A program made the translations under genes and the position numbers. From assembly GCA_000165425.1 (NCBI GenBank), contig CT868003.1, positions 62,001 through 126,000 on the forward strand: a stretch of DNA of 64,000 bases, read 5' to 3'. The stretch is from Paramecium tetraurelia. Taxonomy: Eukaryota. The notes beneath the pieces were generated by a model, which saw only the letters and a program-made list of their open reading frames with translations, was not told where the DNA came from and made no database searches. Each line of letters starts with the position of its first letter. Position 1 is the first letter of the stretch. Shown here piece by piece: positions 39,966 through 53,600 of the stretch.

Positions 39966-40540
39966 TCATTATGGACCTTTAACATCGGGCAATTAGGTCT
40001 CAACATAACTCTTGCTCAATAATTAAGGGTATACTATAGTTGGCATTTATTGAGGATATTGTTGATATATTGGATAACCAGCTACAGGTTATTAAGGAAT
40101 TTAAGTATTTTGAGCAGCCTATTATTATTATAACAATAATTGTTATTGAATCTATTATTATTATTGTTATAATAAGGCTTCTTATTGTTGTTTTTATTGT
40201 TTCATCCAATTTTTATATTGTTCATATTATTCAATAGGAACAGCATAAAATTAAGGTTGTTGAACATTGTCATTCGTTGGTTCACCAAAAGCCACAGTAT
40301 CTGATAAGTTATTATGGCCTTGCTTTTTCATTCTTTTCATTTGTCTTCTTTTTCTTATTATTTTTCTAATAACCAGAAAAGCCCCAATTGAAAGTAAGGT
40401 GATCAAAACCCACTTAAATACTAGGTTATTTTAACTTATTTACCATGTCCTTTCTTGTGTCTCTAATGGTTGTTTCTATTATGATGTTAATCTCCAAGAA
40501 CCAAGATTAGGAGTAATGCTAAAATGATAATTTATTTCAT
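39966..40540 (-). CDS. Small single-pass membrane protein with His-rich ectodomain and Q/P/Y-rich tail
   Basis: MKQIIILALLLILVLG, DQHHNRNNHQRHKKGH, TM WVLITLLSIGAFLVI, RKIIRKRR, polyQ, PVAGYPIYQQYPQ. One 23-nt intron. Confidence 0.7.
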
Positions 40541-40687
40541 TAAATAATTAATAAAAATCAAATTTTATAATCAACAATTAAAATAGCCATTTTCTAAGGT
40601 TTTTTTGTAACCATTAAGATCATTTAGAATAATTAGAATGTATATATATAAAATTTAGTGAAATAATGTGTCTATAGAAAAAAATCA

Positions 40688-41561
40688 TCATTTTTCAACT
40701 TTATTTTTCAACAATTAAGCTCTAGTTGCAGTAATTTTTAAGATTAATCTTTTATAATCCTTTTAACGAAAGGTTCGAAGGATTAGTTGTTAAATAAGAG
40801 CCTCTTTGAGCACTTTTGCAATTCTTACTCCTTTCCAAGTCTTTAGCTATTTTATCATAGTTATTTTTTAGTTTGATATAAGCTTCATCCTTTTGAATTA
40901 TTGATATTTTAAGCCTTTCTTAGTCTATTTTACCTTGCTATATGATCTTTAATTAATCTTATATTTATAATCTTAGTTATAATATATCATCTTAATATTT
41001 TTAATTTTCATGCTCAATAGATTTGACATTCTATAAGAGATCATAAATGTGTCTCTACATTTTCTTATTATTGTCTTAAAAGAATGAGAGCTATACTATT
41101 GAATAGAAATGAGTTTCTTACATTTTTATTGATTTGGTTAAATGACGATGGATTTGTTAGTTTTGAATTCTTTATTTTGTTTAATCAAAGATTAATAACA
41201 AAGAGCATCTCTTTTCAAATTCTCATATTCTAACTTTGATACTGGACTAAATAATCATTTCGATATACTTCTAACAGTGTCATCCTTGATTTCGAAGATT
41301 GAATCCTAACTTGGATGTCTATTAGTATTATTCGTAGGGTTGGTAGTGTAATTATCTTCTTTCTTGGAATCTGAGGAGAAATGACATGCCTAAAAAATAA
41401 TGCAATATTTATACTTCCTACTGGAATTCAGGTAAATTTGCACTTTATTCAACCTCACCAAAAGAGGGGATTTCTAGTTTTTTAACCTCAGCTGTTTTAA
41501 GTTCACAAATCTTAAATAACTCATGAATTTGAGTCTATGTCAAATAGATGTTAGAAGACAT
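40688..41561 (-). CDS. Hypothetical coiled-coil protein
   Basis: MSSNIYLTQTQIHELFKICE..., K/E/Q-rich helical C-terminal half ending LLKNKVEK-TGA. About 3 tiny introns. Confidence 0.6.
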
Positions 41562-41923
41562 TTCAGTTTTAACAAAAATAATATTTTATATTAATTGATA
41601 AACTACATAAAATCATAATTTTTATTTAAGAAAAACAAAAGGATTTTGTTGAGATTCGACATTAATCCACTTATTAGAGAATAATTTGATAAGATTGTAC
41701 AAATAAACAAATGACTAGGACACAAGAGATATTTAAAAATATAATGCCATAATTGAACTTATCCTAGAAAGGTTTCTGTAACACAATATTAATTATGATA
41801 TAAATATATATATATTGATACTCTAAGTGGATTGGGAATGAAAAATAGGAAGGAAGATTGGTTCAAATGAATTATTTTTAAACGAATACTTAATAAAATG
41901 AACATGATAATTGCATCATTTAA

Positions 41924-42947
41924 TCAAATAATAGATGCATAAACCTCTCCTTCAATATCTAGATGGTTGAACCCTCTTAAAATTTTGAACTTTCCATTGA
42001 TACCCCAGCCATCGTTCCATGAGTTTATAGCTTCCCAATAAGGTACTCCATTTTCAGTTCCCCACCCAATAATCTTGACTGCGTGTTTACCTCTTCTTTA
42101 TCCGGTTGTCTATTGATAGACACCTGATTTATAATTTAAGAAATCATCAAAGACTGTGAACACTGCTTAAACAGGTCCATTCAAATAGATCTCATTTTTT
42201 ATTTGCTCTTAATCTTTAATAAGTTTATAAGGGTTTTCTCTTGATCTGATCTTATCAACATCATAGGTTCTAGAGAATTAAGGATGACATTTCTTGGTGC
42301 ATGAGGGAGTGACTTCGGTCAACATGAAAAAATCATTTTCACATTTTGAATACTTTCCAGAATCATTCCCATGACTACAAGGAGGAAAAGAGTAAGGTTT
42401 ACATAAACTAAAGTCATTGTATGTTCCTCCTGTAACTATTCCATCAACCCTTAAATATTTCCAAGCCCCATAAGGATAGCCACCATCACAACCACCATTA
42501 CCATCTAGTTCACAATTAATTCCACAACAACTTAAAAGATCTTCAGCAGAAATCTGTCTCTTATCAGTTTGACCAGAGGCAATACAAAGACGATCGCTCA
42601 TTGTAGAGGCAGCTGATACTGCCCAACAAGAACCACAGTTCCCTTGGTCTGGAATCAACTCAATAGATGGGCAACCAGGCCATTTTTCTTAAGCTGAAAA
42701 ACTTGGTGGCAAATTTTCTAATTTCTCATGATATTTGTATTCGACTGGCTCACTGTGATCGACGATTACATTGAAGTACTTGGAGTAAAATCCATCCGAC
42801 TTTTCGTTCCATCTTTCGTAATTGGTAGCCTAAATAAATATAAAATGAAAGTACTGTCCAAGTTGTTTTGATAGAGTTTACAAATGCCGTAATAAATGGG
42901 TTTCTTGCAGATACCAAAGATATTATTAAGCATATAAATTATAACAT
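41924..42947 (-). CDS. Cathepsin B-like cysteine protease (papain family C1A)
   Basis: Signal peptide, propeptide, [11 protein letters not shown] (catalytic Cys), [16 protein letters not shown], occluding loop [30 protein letters not shown]. Confidence 0.95.
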
Positions 42948-42955
42948 TTTATAAA

Positions 42956-44218
42956 TCAATTATCCAATTCCGAAAGTAGTTTTTTAGTTTTAGTAATTTA
43001 TTTCAAATTCTCAATAACACTCAGAATTGACTATTCTTCTATCAGTGAATCATCAGATTCGTTTTCATCATCCTCAACAACAGAAGATAAACTACTGATA
43101 GAACTCTATTTTTGAGGGTCGATCAATTCTTGATTCTTCATATTGATAATAACATTACCCAAGGATAAGACTTCAAAATTGTTGTATTATTGTTTTTCTG
43201 CATCATTTTATAAAAGTAGGACTTCAATTCATCATAGTTGATTACTTTGTACTGATCAAGATTAGACAATTTAACATTGTAATAAAATTAAATTATTTCT
43301 TTTGGCAGTGACGGAAAAGCCTTCTCAATTATCAGATTCATCTTTTGTAACTCCACCTCCTTTATTTTATCGCTTTTCGTTTTCTTCTGCTTTGTCTTAA
43401 ATAGTCGACCTCCGATATAAAAGTTTATCAGAATATAAGCCAAAGATTCTAGATCGTCTCTAGGACACGGTTCTTAATTTAACTTATAGGATTACTTATC
43501 CCTAAATGCAGATTTAGACTTGAATATTTATTTAGTGCTAAAGCGTATTGAAATTTGTTTTTCGTATTCTAGTTTAGGATCTACCTTAATTTGTATTTCT
43601 GGGCAAATTTTAGGTCAGTTAAAAGCAATTGAACTCCTCTATAAAGCGTCACAAATTTCTTAGGCTTCAAGTAGCAATGAACTATTGATGCCTAATGCAT
43701 TTTCTCCAACGCAGATATCTAGATTTACATTCTCAGTATTACCGCTTCGATTGCCAAAGTAGCAAACACTTAATCCGAAAACTTCCGATTTTGATGTTGA
43801 AAACACAGTTTAAGAGATGGCCCACATCTCTCCTTAATATTATATCGATATTCCATATTCTTATACTTATAAACTCCCTATTGTATGGTCTTTGGAATGA
43901 GCTGCACTAAAACCAATGTATTTATAATTAGTACAATCATGCATTTTCTTTACAATCCTTTCATCACACACAAAGGAATTGTACTACTCTTAACTATAGT
44001 TTATTTAATTCTCCATACCTTTTCATTTCCACTAAATAGTAGGTATTCGGATCATCCTTATTTAAAGCTACACTTCCTATTAGATTTACCTAATTACCTA
44101 AATACAAGTTATGACTCCTCCCCTTGTAAATCAAACGAACCAGAAAATATTTATGGTCCAATATAACTGCATTAGCATTTCTTTCGAAGGAATTTGACTC
44201 AGTTATTGAATCACTCAT
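42956..44218 (-). CDS. Casein kinase 1-like pseudokinase
   Basis: ERCGPSL, ALEKMHQASIVHCYLKPKKF, LLTDLKFAQKY, YSSLNLHLG, RDDLESLAYILI and YPW give the CK1 scaffold with HRD and DFG replaced. Several introns; start inferred. Confidence 0.8.
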
Positions 44219-44778
44219 ATTAATTAAAAATCTTAATAAAATAAGGACATATAAATAAGTAATTAAAATCAAGAGTACAAACGAATAACCAAATACTTTT
44301 AGAGCTGTATTACTGTAATCAAATTTTAAGGCTTCCATTATGAAAACTAAAATATAATAAAAATAATCAATACTTCAATTACAAGTTTCTAATTGTTAAT
44401 TTTCGATTGACTAATTATTTTTCTAAAATAATGCAATTTTCAACTCCTTTGTAAGTATCTTCTCATTTTATTGCTTATAAGTTAAGTAATTCTATTGAAT
44501 TTACAAAACCTATTAGTATGTTTTTTGAATAATTAACTTACACAATAAGATGAAAATTCTATATATTATTTAATATTTGATGTCCAATTACTGCATCTTC
44601 ATTTTTCAATCTTTTGCATTAATATTTTGATGAAATTATGCTCCTACTTTTCTAAAATTATTTTGAGAAGACTATTTCTCAAAACTACAATTTATTTTGT
44701 TTTTTTTGTTGTTGTAAATCTTGAATCTTGAAACCAAATAATGTAAATAATTATTGTAAAATATAGTAGTGGAAAGCT

Positions 44779-45210
44779 ATGGAAATCAATTATTTTAAGT
44801 ATTTGTTTTGGGTTGCAAAAATCATTTGTGATAACAAGGAGTATCTAAAATTAGTGGTACATAAAGATTTAAAAGATGATATCAGCAGGTTTAAAGCTTA
44901 GAACAATATACAAAATATTCTGAATGAAAGTCTATTTCTAGTAATGAAGAAATTATAAATTGAAAGGATGCTAACTAATTTACTATTTAGAAAGTGTTAA
45001 GAAATGGATCTACAAATTGCAAAGAACTATGAAATTTCAATGAATTGTTTAAGATTAATGAATTTAAGGAGTCATAAATAAATAGACAATATATGTTGTT
45101 TTCATCATAATTTGGTATTTAAATTTCGAATGGAATCAAAGAGGGACTATTCAGTCATGCTAATCATAATATTTTAATTGACTAATACTGTTTTAGATTC
45201 TCCCTCATGA
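44779..45210 (+). CDS. Hypothetical ORF (143 aa), possibly a remnant
   Basis: Open ATG-to-TGA frame in the ciliate code with no recognisable motif. Confidence 0.3.
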
Positions 45211-45627
45211 TTATATAATATTTTAATTAGGTCCAAATAATTTCATGTTTTATTAAACATTCTAAACTTATATTATCTTCTTACTAACCATTTAAGAATA
45301 AGTTGGTTCATCAATTTTTTTTGTTGATTTCATTTCAGATAATTTAGATGATAATATTGCCTATTATAATCGCTTTCTTTTTAGAAAGATTATAATATTG
45401 GCTATCATCAAAATGTCATCCAACTAAGGATAAGTTATTAGTATTCTGTGTAATTTTGATTACTATTTTAGGATGATCATTAGATTATGGTATAAATTTA
45501 TAAAAATAATAAAATAAAACTTTATAATTATACTATCTTTAGATAATCGCATCTTGTTTTAATATATATTCTTATAATAATTGTCAAATAATTATCAATT
45601 TTGATTTAATCATAATTATAATAAATA

Positions 45628-47887
45628 ATGTGCAGAAACAAACTATTGAAGGAGGAAGCGAAATATTCCTTGAACTATTTTATCTGTCTCTTTTTTTTGG
45701 GATTGGAAATTGAACTTCAGAATGATCTAAGTGTTATTCAAATTCTTTCCATAATCATAATTGTTATTTCAATTACCTTTAGAGTGCTCTATTCATTTTA
45801 GAGAATCTCATGGAAAATAGGTACACAACACCATAATATTAAGATATCTCGCCCATCTTCTTTTGGTTACTAACTCTTGCAAGAATTAATAGTGCAAACA
45901 ATTTAAAATAAGAATCCAATTCCTTCCTATTTTATACTCTGGGCTTTATGAATGGACAATATAATAACACTTTTAGTATATAGAATGAAAACCCCATAAT
46001 ATATAAAGGCAAAATTTGTGTTCAAATTATAATATTTATAACTTGTTTATCTCTTACGAATTAAATTAAGCTTGGAATTATATTTGTACTAATCATGCTA
46101 TGTATCATGGTTGGATTGAACGAAATATTTTATAGATAAGCGTTGAGTGAGTTTGACATTTAAGCCAAAGAAAATAAAAATAATAGACTCTTTAATGAAC
46201 TATCATTTCAATAAATTTTAAAAAATTAAACCAAACCTTCAAATGAAGAATAAATTTTTATCAAACATTCAAGAGGTTGTCCTCTAGAATCCATTGCTGA
46301 AGATGATGAATTACCTGAATCGAAATAAAAATAACAAAATGCTTCAAACTCTACTAAGTCATCCCTTTGGGGCAATTTTGTATTCTAATGCGATGATTAC
46401 ATAATTAAATTTTCATTTAACGCTTATTAAAATAATTCTCTCTTATAAAACTCTGTTAGCAATTATTCATTCAGTAAATTCCTTTAGGATAATAACATCA
46501 CATTTGTAGATTTTCTATCAGAAATGAAAGTTTTCAATGACATTCATTGGACCTAATTTGATATTCAAAGTCCAGAGTTTAAAAAATAATAAAGTCTTTA
46601 TGATTGGCTATAATTTCATCTAGAGTAATATAAAATGATTGAATAACTTTAATCCAAGAAGTCCTTCAAATAACTAGAAGGTGCAGATCCTTTATAGCTT
46701 AGTAATCTATCCAATCAGAAATCCATGTTGATGGACATTATAATGGAGAAATCTATCTTGGGATTATCATCAATCCCATATTAATAGAGCTCATCAGAGG
46801 CATTAAATCTGAGAAATAGTAAAATGAATTTGTTTGGAAGAATAAAAACTAGTAAGTCTATGTGTGACTTGCAAATCAAATTTTACATTTTTGAAGAAGT
46901 ATAAAATATGTTAAATTTAGGAATCTGATGGTTTGGCCATAGTATTTTTGATGAGAGACATCGAAAAATTGGTGTAATCAATTAAGTAGAATGTTAAAAA
47001 TGTTGAATTGTTGGATATTGCCACCAAATTTATATAGAATCAAGCATGTAAAATGACAGAGATCCATAAATGGATTCGTGAAATAAAGAGTCCATCTTGT
47101 TTAATTGAGACTGATTAATTGACTCGTTTGGGTACTTCAGTTCGCAAGAGAACTTATTCATTGACTTCTAATAAAAATAGTGTAGAAGAAGGATAGTCTG
47201 ATATATCTGAAAAGGTTTAGATACGAAAGTCAAATCATTTATAGTAGTTCCTATCAAAATTGCAATTCGATTTCTTTTAAGTTGAATAAGATAATTTCAA
47301 CTTTTTTGAAGTGTTTTAACAAACAGAAAAAATTTGGTTTGATAGGAAGAAGATTGATATATCATAAACTATCCATTTACTATTTGAGTAATTTTAGTAC
47401 AATCAAATTCTCATGAAATATGGAGTTAAGTTGATGTTGATTGACCATAACCTTTATGATAAAAATATAGTCACAGATGCAAGGTTAAGATATAATTTAT
47501 TTTTTTAGAAGATTCAAATAATTATTGATTAATTTAATTAACAATTCTATTGAAGCATATCAATATGAAGAGTATTTGTAATAGCCGAATGAAGTTGAAA
47601 TTACAGTATGGAATTATTATGAGGAAATCCACTTTACTATTACAGACTATGGTTGTGGACTTACTCAAAATAATCTTAATTAATCAAGGTTGTAAGAATG
47701 TAAATTAGGATTGGCAGCATCACAACGATTGTTGTATCAATTAACTGATGGAAAAAAGTAGTTAACTATATAATGTCTGAATTAAAGGACGAGTTTATCT
47801 TTCTAATTGCCAAGGATTATGCTGGAAGATAAGATAATATAAAATAATGAATTTGATTATGAATATATTAAATTTATCAATTCTTGA
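45628..47887 (+). CDS. Multi-pass membrane protein with C-terminal histidine-kinase-like ATPase (HATPase_c) domain, degenerate
   Basis: Several N-terminal hydrophobic helices. C-terminal TDARRFKQLLINLINNSIEA (N box), FTITDYGCGL (G1) and KLGLAASQRL (G2-like). Confidence 0.75.
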
Positions 47888-47941
47888 GTATTTTATTAAT
47901 TAAAACAAAAAAATAACTCATTCATGTTTATCTACGAATAA

Positions 47942-48602
47942 ATGCAAAACTTAGAGGTTTAATTATAATTGTCTCAGACAGGAACCCAATTCTCTCCCTA
48001 GTCGTTTGAAGATGAGATGTTACAAGAATACTTAGAGATTGAAGTGTAAAAGTAGGGCTTTTCTATGTTATTCGAAGAGTTGCTTGTCTGCTCCAATATT
48101 CCTTAGGAAGAACCATAACGTCATAAGAAGTAATTTAGTAATCTAATTTAAGTTTAAGTAGGAATACCAAAATCAACTAATTCAGAAGAAGATCCCACAA
48201 AGTTGTGAAGAAGTAACAAGAAAGGAAAAGAAATTAAAAATCAACATAGACTTTTCTTTAGGAAAAGAAGCAAAGAGTCTTTAATGAATTTAAATTAAAG
48301 GAATTTTAAGCTTAGGGTAATACATAAGAGACTCAAGGGGAATAAGGGGAATGGCAAGGAGATCATTAGAGTCATGTTTAGGAGCATCATGCTATTCCCC
48401 TTAGTTTACTCAGAGAAGATTAGAGTAATTTGTTTGAATATCTTATATTTTAGATTTAGTGCTCCTAAACTTGTGTAATGATAATTTTAATATCAATGAC
48501 AATTGTATTGAATAGAATAATTACGAAATCAACAGCAATAAATTTGAGATGAATGCATATTTGATACCAAAAGCACTTGCACCAAAAATACCAAAACTTT
48601 GA
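47942..48602 (+). CDS. Hypothetical low-complexity protein
   Basis: MQNLEVQLQLSQTGTQFSPQSFEDEML..., basic central segment, ends LIPKALAPKIPKL-TGA. Two tiny introns. Confidence 0.5.
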
Positions 48603-48734
48603 GTTGACCCCTTGTTTCTGAGATGCTCAGAAAAAGGGGTTGAAATAAAGTGCGATCGCTTTTGAAGTGACAATGCTTTCATCAACACCTATAAATAATA
48701 TCATTTTCCAAATATTCTTTCATTAATATTATAA

Positions 48735-49366
48735 ATGAAATTGTATATACATTCTGGAAACGTCGTGGAAATTTATGATTCCATCCAAGGAGAAACCATA
48801 GACTAATTATAAAAGGCATTGGGAAGCGAAGTGCTTCTCAATAACAGGTAATGCATTAGAATTTATATGCAAGGACAATTTTAAACACTTCAATGTTGGT
48901 CAATAGTTTTTTCAATGACAATGATGATGTGATTGTATAAAAAGTGAAACCCATACCAGTTTAATAGAATGCTTAAGTGCCTGCTTAGGTACCTGCGTAA
49001 AAACCTATCCATTATAACAATATTACAAAATTCGCATTTTATGATGCTGATGAAATGAATGTTAGGTATTTGTGAATATTTATTTTACAAAGAGTTGTAG
49101 TTGAATTGAAGGATATTGCAAAGCATCCATTAGAAAAGTTCTAGGCCAGGTTTTTTGAAAAATCATTTGAAATAAAAATTCACGATTATCAAAATAAGAA
49201 TTGGACTTTTGGAGTTGCCAGAACCTAATGCAAATTAGATGCTGCAAATAGTAAATTCACTCTCAAGGGCGATAAGATATTGATCACATTAAGAAAGGTG
49301 AAGAAGGAGGATAATTGGTTTTCGATTCACAAGCAAAAAACAATAGGTGGTGACGATTCAGATTGA
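48735..49366 (+). CDS. CS (p23/CacyBP-like) domain protein
   Basis: ITKFAFYDADEMNVRVVVEL..FFEKSFEIKIHDYQNKNWTF..LDAANSKFTLKGDKILITLRK..NWFSIHK is a CS-domain pattern. Two introns. Confidence 0.75.
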
Positions 49367-49494
49367 ATATATAATTATAATAAAAGTGATTGAGAAATTA
49401 GCATATTGGTTGATATTCTTTGACACTCAGAGTTTTAGTTCAAACAATTAATTTAGGAATAAATTAAATAGTAATTTATTTTTATTTATTTATT

Positions 49495-50384
49495 ATGAAT
49501 CAAAGTGAAGTTAATGAAGAAAACTCACCTCACAATTCTGATCATGCTTCATAGAATATTTCTCAATACTTGTAACATGACTATTATGAGAAATTCAAGC
49601 TTGGCTAGAACCTATATGAATAATCAATTACTTTATCAAGATTATCTTTGGGAGAAAAGACAACAGAGGATCATAACAATATCACATAAATAGGATTGAT
49701 ACAAATTTAAGAACGCCTATCTGATGAGATCTGCAAGAATCAAGTAAATTATTGACTACAATTAGCTAGCTATTAGAGAGTAAAGTAACATAACTCAATA
49801 AGGATTTGTAAGCAGCTATGGAACATACAATGATTCTACAGAAACAAAATGAGAAGTACGTTCAGATGTTGTAATAAACCAATACACAATTACAAAATTA
49901 GATTAGGAATTACGAAATAGAAAAAAAGTTAAACTCACAATTAATGAAAAAAAATAAAGAATTAATAGAAGTAAATAAGTATAATCTTAATCTAATTAGT
50001 AATTATTAGAAATAAGTATAAAGTTTAGAAAAGAAGAAATAAATCTAGAACTTTTCAGATTGCAAAAATATTATATTATCCAAATGTCATTAAAAGTCGA
50101 ATTAATCCATCTGTTCTTCGCATAGGAATAAAAGGAATTTAAATCCAGGGAATACAGAAGAATCAACTGTTAAGGATTCTTCCTTCAGTGAAATGAAATC
50201 TAACGATAATTACAGATATGCTGAATCTGCTCAATAATTCTACAAATCCTAAAATTTTTGGTCTCCAGTAAAATAGTCTTCTCCTAAAGCTCCTCACAAT
50301 TTAAATCTAGAAAAAAAAATTGAATCTACTTTAGCATAAATAAGAGCTATCAAAATGCAAATTCAACAGTTAAATTAAAAATGA
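49495..50384 (+). CDS. Hypothetical coiled-coil protein
   Basis: MNQSEVNEENSP..., heptad-rich centre, ends IRAIKMQIQQLNQK-TGA. Intron boundaries not fully resolved. Confidence 0.55.
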
Positions 50385-50639
50385 TATATTTACATTTTTT
50401 TTTCATTATATAAATTAGAACATTAAAAAATAATTAAATGCTTTAATTCTAACATATAAATCTTAATAATTTATTTGATGGTGTCATTAGCTGTTTGATG
50501 AGGATCTGATATTTAAATTCTAAAATTATGATATTTATAATCAATCCCTAATAACGTGTAGGGATATAGATTGGAAATAAAAAAAGTATTTTTTTTTTTG
50601 GATCAAAACTAATAAACAAATTAATTTATGTATGATTAA

Positions 50640-53600
50640 TCAAGAGTCGACCTTATGGATTCTATTCAAGTATTCTCTGATAGCTTTGATTCTCTAGATT
50701 AAATTTAAGGGTATCATTGATAATAGGAGTGTTGTCCTTCTTATCTAAAATCACATTATTAATAAAATTACTTCGTTATTTATTTTATTTGCTATTGGCC
50801 ACCAAAACAAGAGATACACCAGCACAAGAACAACCAAGAACACTATAAATATTGTTACTGTTGTTGTAGTGTTTGTGTCTAAGTCTTTCTGCAAACTATC
50901 ATTAAAAATAGTTAGTAACTACTGAAAGATTGATCTTATATAGATGTCTTGCATTTGATCTATTAGAAATATTAGAACTTATACTTAATTCAACAGCAGA
51001 AATGTCTGTGTACATAAGTGACAGGATCTTATTCCGCTGAATGTTGTCTGTGAAATTATAAACTGTTCCAGCTATAGCGGTAGCAGAGGAATCATTCAAG
51101 AGAGAATCGTATACTGTAAGTAAATACCTCAGATTTTCAAAGTGTCTTGATAATGCTAAGGCTAATGATTCATCCACAATTCCTTTAACGAAAGCTTAAC
51201 AAGTAGCCAAATCTACTCCAGCAACCTTGATGACTTCATTACAGGCTCCAGCTTTCATTATTGTATCAAAGTAATCATTATAAATGGAATTGTGATAACC
51301 TAAATTTAATGAGTGATCCTTTTGCATATTCGTATTCAAGTTGTAGAGATCTTTGACAAAGTCTGCAGAAATAGTTTTGGATACATTATTTTTTACAGGG
51401 AAGTTGGGATCCCATAACATTTACCTAAATACATTGTTTGCAAAAGTAATAGAAGGAACAGCCAATGAGGTGGCATTCATTTCTTAGATTAGTTATTACA
51501 TGGAACTCTACAAATTGGTTCCAATTAAATAATGGGCTATAAAGTAAGCTATAAGTAGCCCAATAGAAATAATGAATTTAATATAAAAATTCCTCTTGTC
51601 TTTTGAATCATATTTATACTTCTTTCTTTTCTTTCTCCTTCCAAATTCTTCCACTACTCCTTCTCCTTCCTCATTTTCTTCAAATGACAACTCATTTTCT
51701 TGGTTGGCATCCTCATCTTCCCCTATTTGGAGAGTGTTTGAAAAAGCTTCACATTTTGCAAAGAGCTATTTAACCTTTGCTAAGGGAATCTCTAGAAATA
51801 GTTTTATGACTTCCTCTTAATTTTGTGAAACTAAGTTAAAAGTACAAGCAATCCATGGTATTGAAATAAAAGTAAACACGCATGCTACTATCAACAATAT
51901 AAGTAAAACATTTGAATCATATGCCAAATTTATTAATTAGTTTGTATAGAGATCAACACTCTCTAAGGTGGCTTAATAGTAGTCATTCAATAGATTATAT
52001 CTAATAAAATATATGGAATCAGTATCTGGATCGAAATCAGTGATATCAAAATTCATAATTTCAAATGCTTTTGATATTATTTATGATGTTCCTTAGTTGA
52101 TATCTACTAATTGATTGCTTTCACTTCCACTGTCATCTCTACTAATCATTTTAATAGAATTAGTTGTCATTAATTCATCTTGTCTTCCACTGACACCTGT
52201 TGATGATTATATTTTGGATTGAATATCTTTCAGATCACTAATAGTAGTATTCATATTGGTAAGTTAAGTTTTCACTTTATCATCTGTACCAGCCACATTT
52301 ATTTTATTTAATCTACACAACTCCATTATTTACCATTAGATTCTTTAACCTAAAGCAACTCTTATATTTGAATCTTGCATCATTATGTATCCTTCTTGAA
52401 TATCCTAAAATAATTGTTATGTTAAAACATAATCTAATAAACCCAAGACACCCAAACAGATAATCAGAAAAGCTGCACTCCATTTAAAACAAACCATGCT
52501 ACTTTGATTAACATTTCGACTTTCCGACAAGAATTAGACAAAAGTTCGTCTGGATTTATAGATGTTAGCATGTCCTCCTTCAGCTTCTTCTTCTTCATCC
52601 TCTTTTTAAACTTATTACATTCCAGTAGTTCCTCCTTTCTTTTAATCGTTTTCTTCTGCATCCTCATCAGAATCCTAATTTTTGAAATCATCAATATCAA
52701 ATAATTGCCCATTGATATATTTCATGGTCCTAATTCCTAAGGCCAAATCTAATTTTTCATCTTTTTCCCCAATATTTGAAGTGGGAGTCTTCTCATCTTC
52801 TTTAACTGGTTCTCTCTATGAATAATCAAAAGTTTCGTCTTATTTGACACTTGAAATAGCAGACATCTAGAAATTTTAATCTTAAGTATATTCACCCAAA
52901 TAGATATGTTATTATTAATCAAATTAGAAATAAAATTTGACTTATTATTGCTTTTTGATTTGAGATTATTCATTAGGATTTAGAAAAGATTTTTCTTATT
53001 TATTATTTTCAATTTTTATAACATAACCTTATAATTTAGAATCTTTGAACATGATTTCACCAGCAGTAATATTAAATTTACCTTAGACTGTCTAATCTCT
53101 ATTTTTAAAATTAATTTCTGCTTCAGCCCCTGTTTTATTAAGATATTCAGTGATATTCTCTTAGAAATTTGATATGATGTCACTAACTTTCATCTTTTTT
53201 TTCGTGATATAATTCAAGTCTACATGAAACATGGTAATAAAAGTGGCTGAAATATTTTCAATTTCCTAAGTTGATCCATTCACAATCATGAAAGCCACAT
53301 TCTTAAACACTTTTTCTTGTCTCATGGCTCCAAAAAACTATGCTCCATGGATAAATGAAGGTACATATCTAACATAGATGAAGAAGGGAAAGATGTATCC
53401 ATTTTTAGATTTACCTATAATCATTCTTTCTCTATTCATGATTCTGCTTTCATAAGTTTACAAATAGGCTTCCATGAATTAGTCATGTGATTGAGCAAAG
53501 ACATTGGGCATCAAAATGTTGACTTTCCTGTTAATTAATTCACTCTTGGAATAGCCAAACATCTTGGATGCAGACATATTGAGTCCTATGATTCTACCGA

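Noticed and set aside
40000..40237. Ile-rich ORFs on both strands in the track
   Set aside because: Off-frame and antisense readings of a TAA/CAA polyQ tract.
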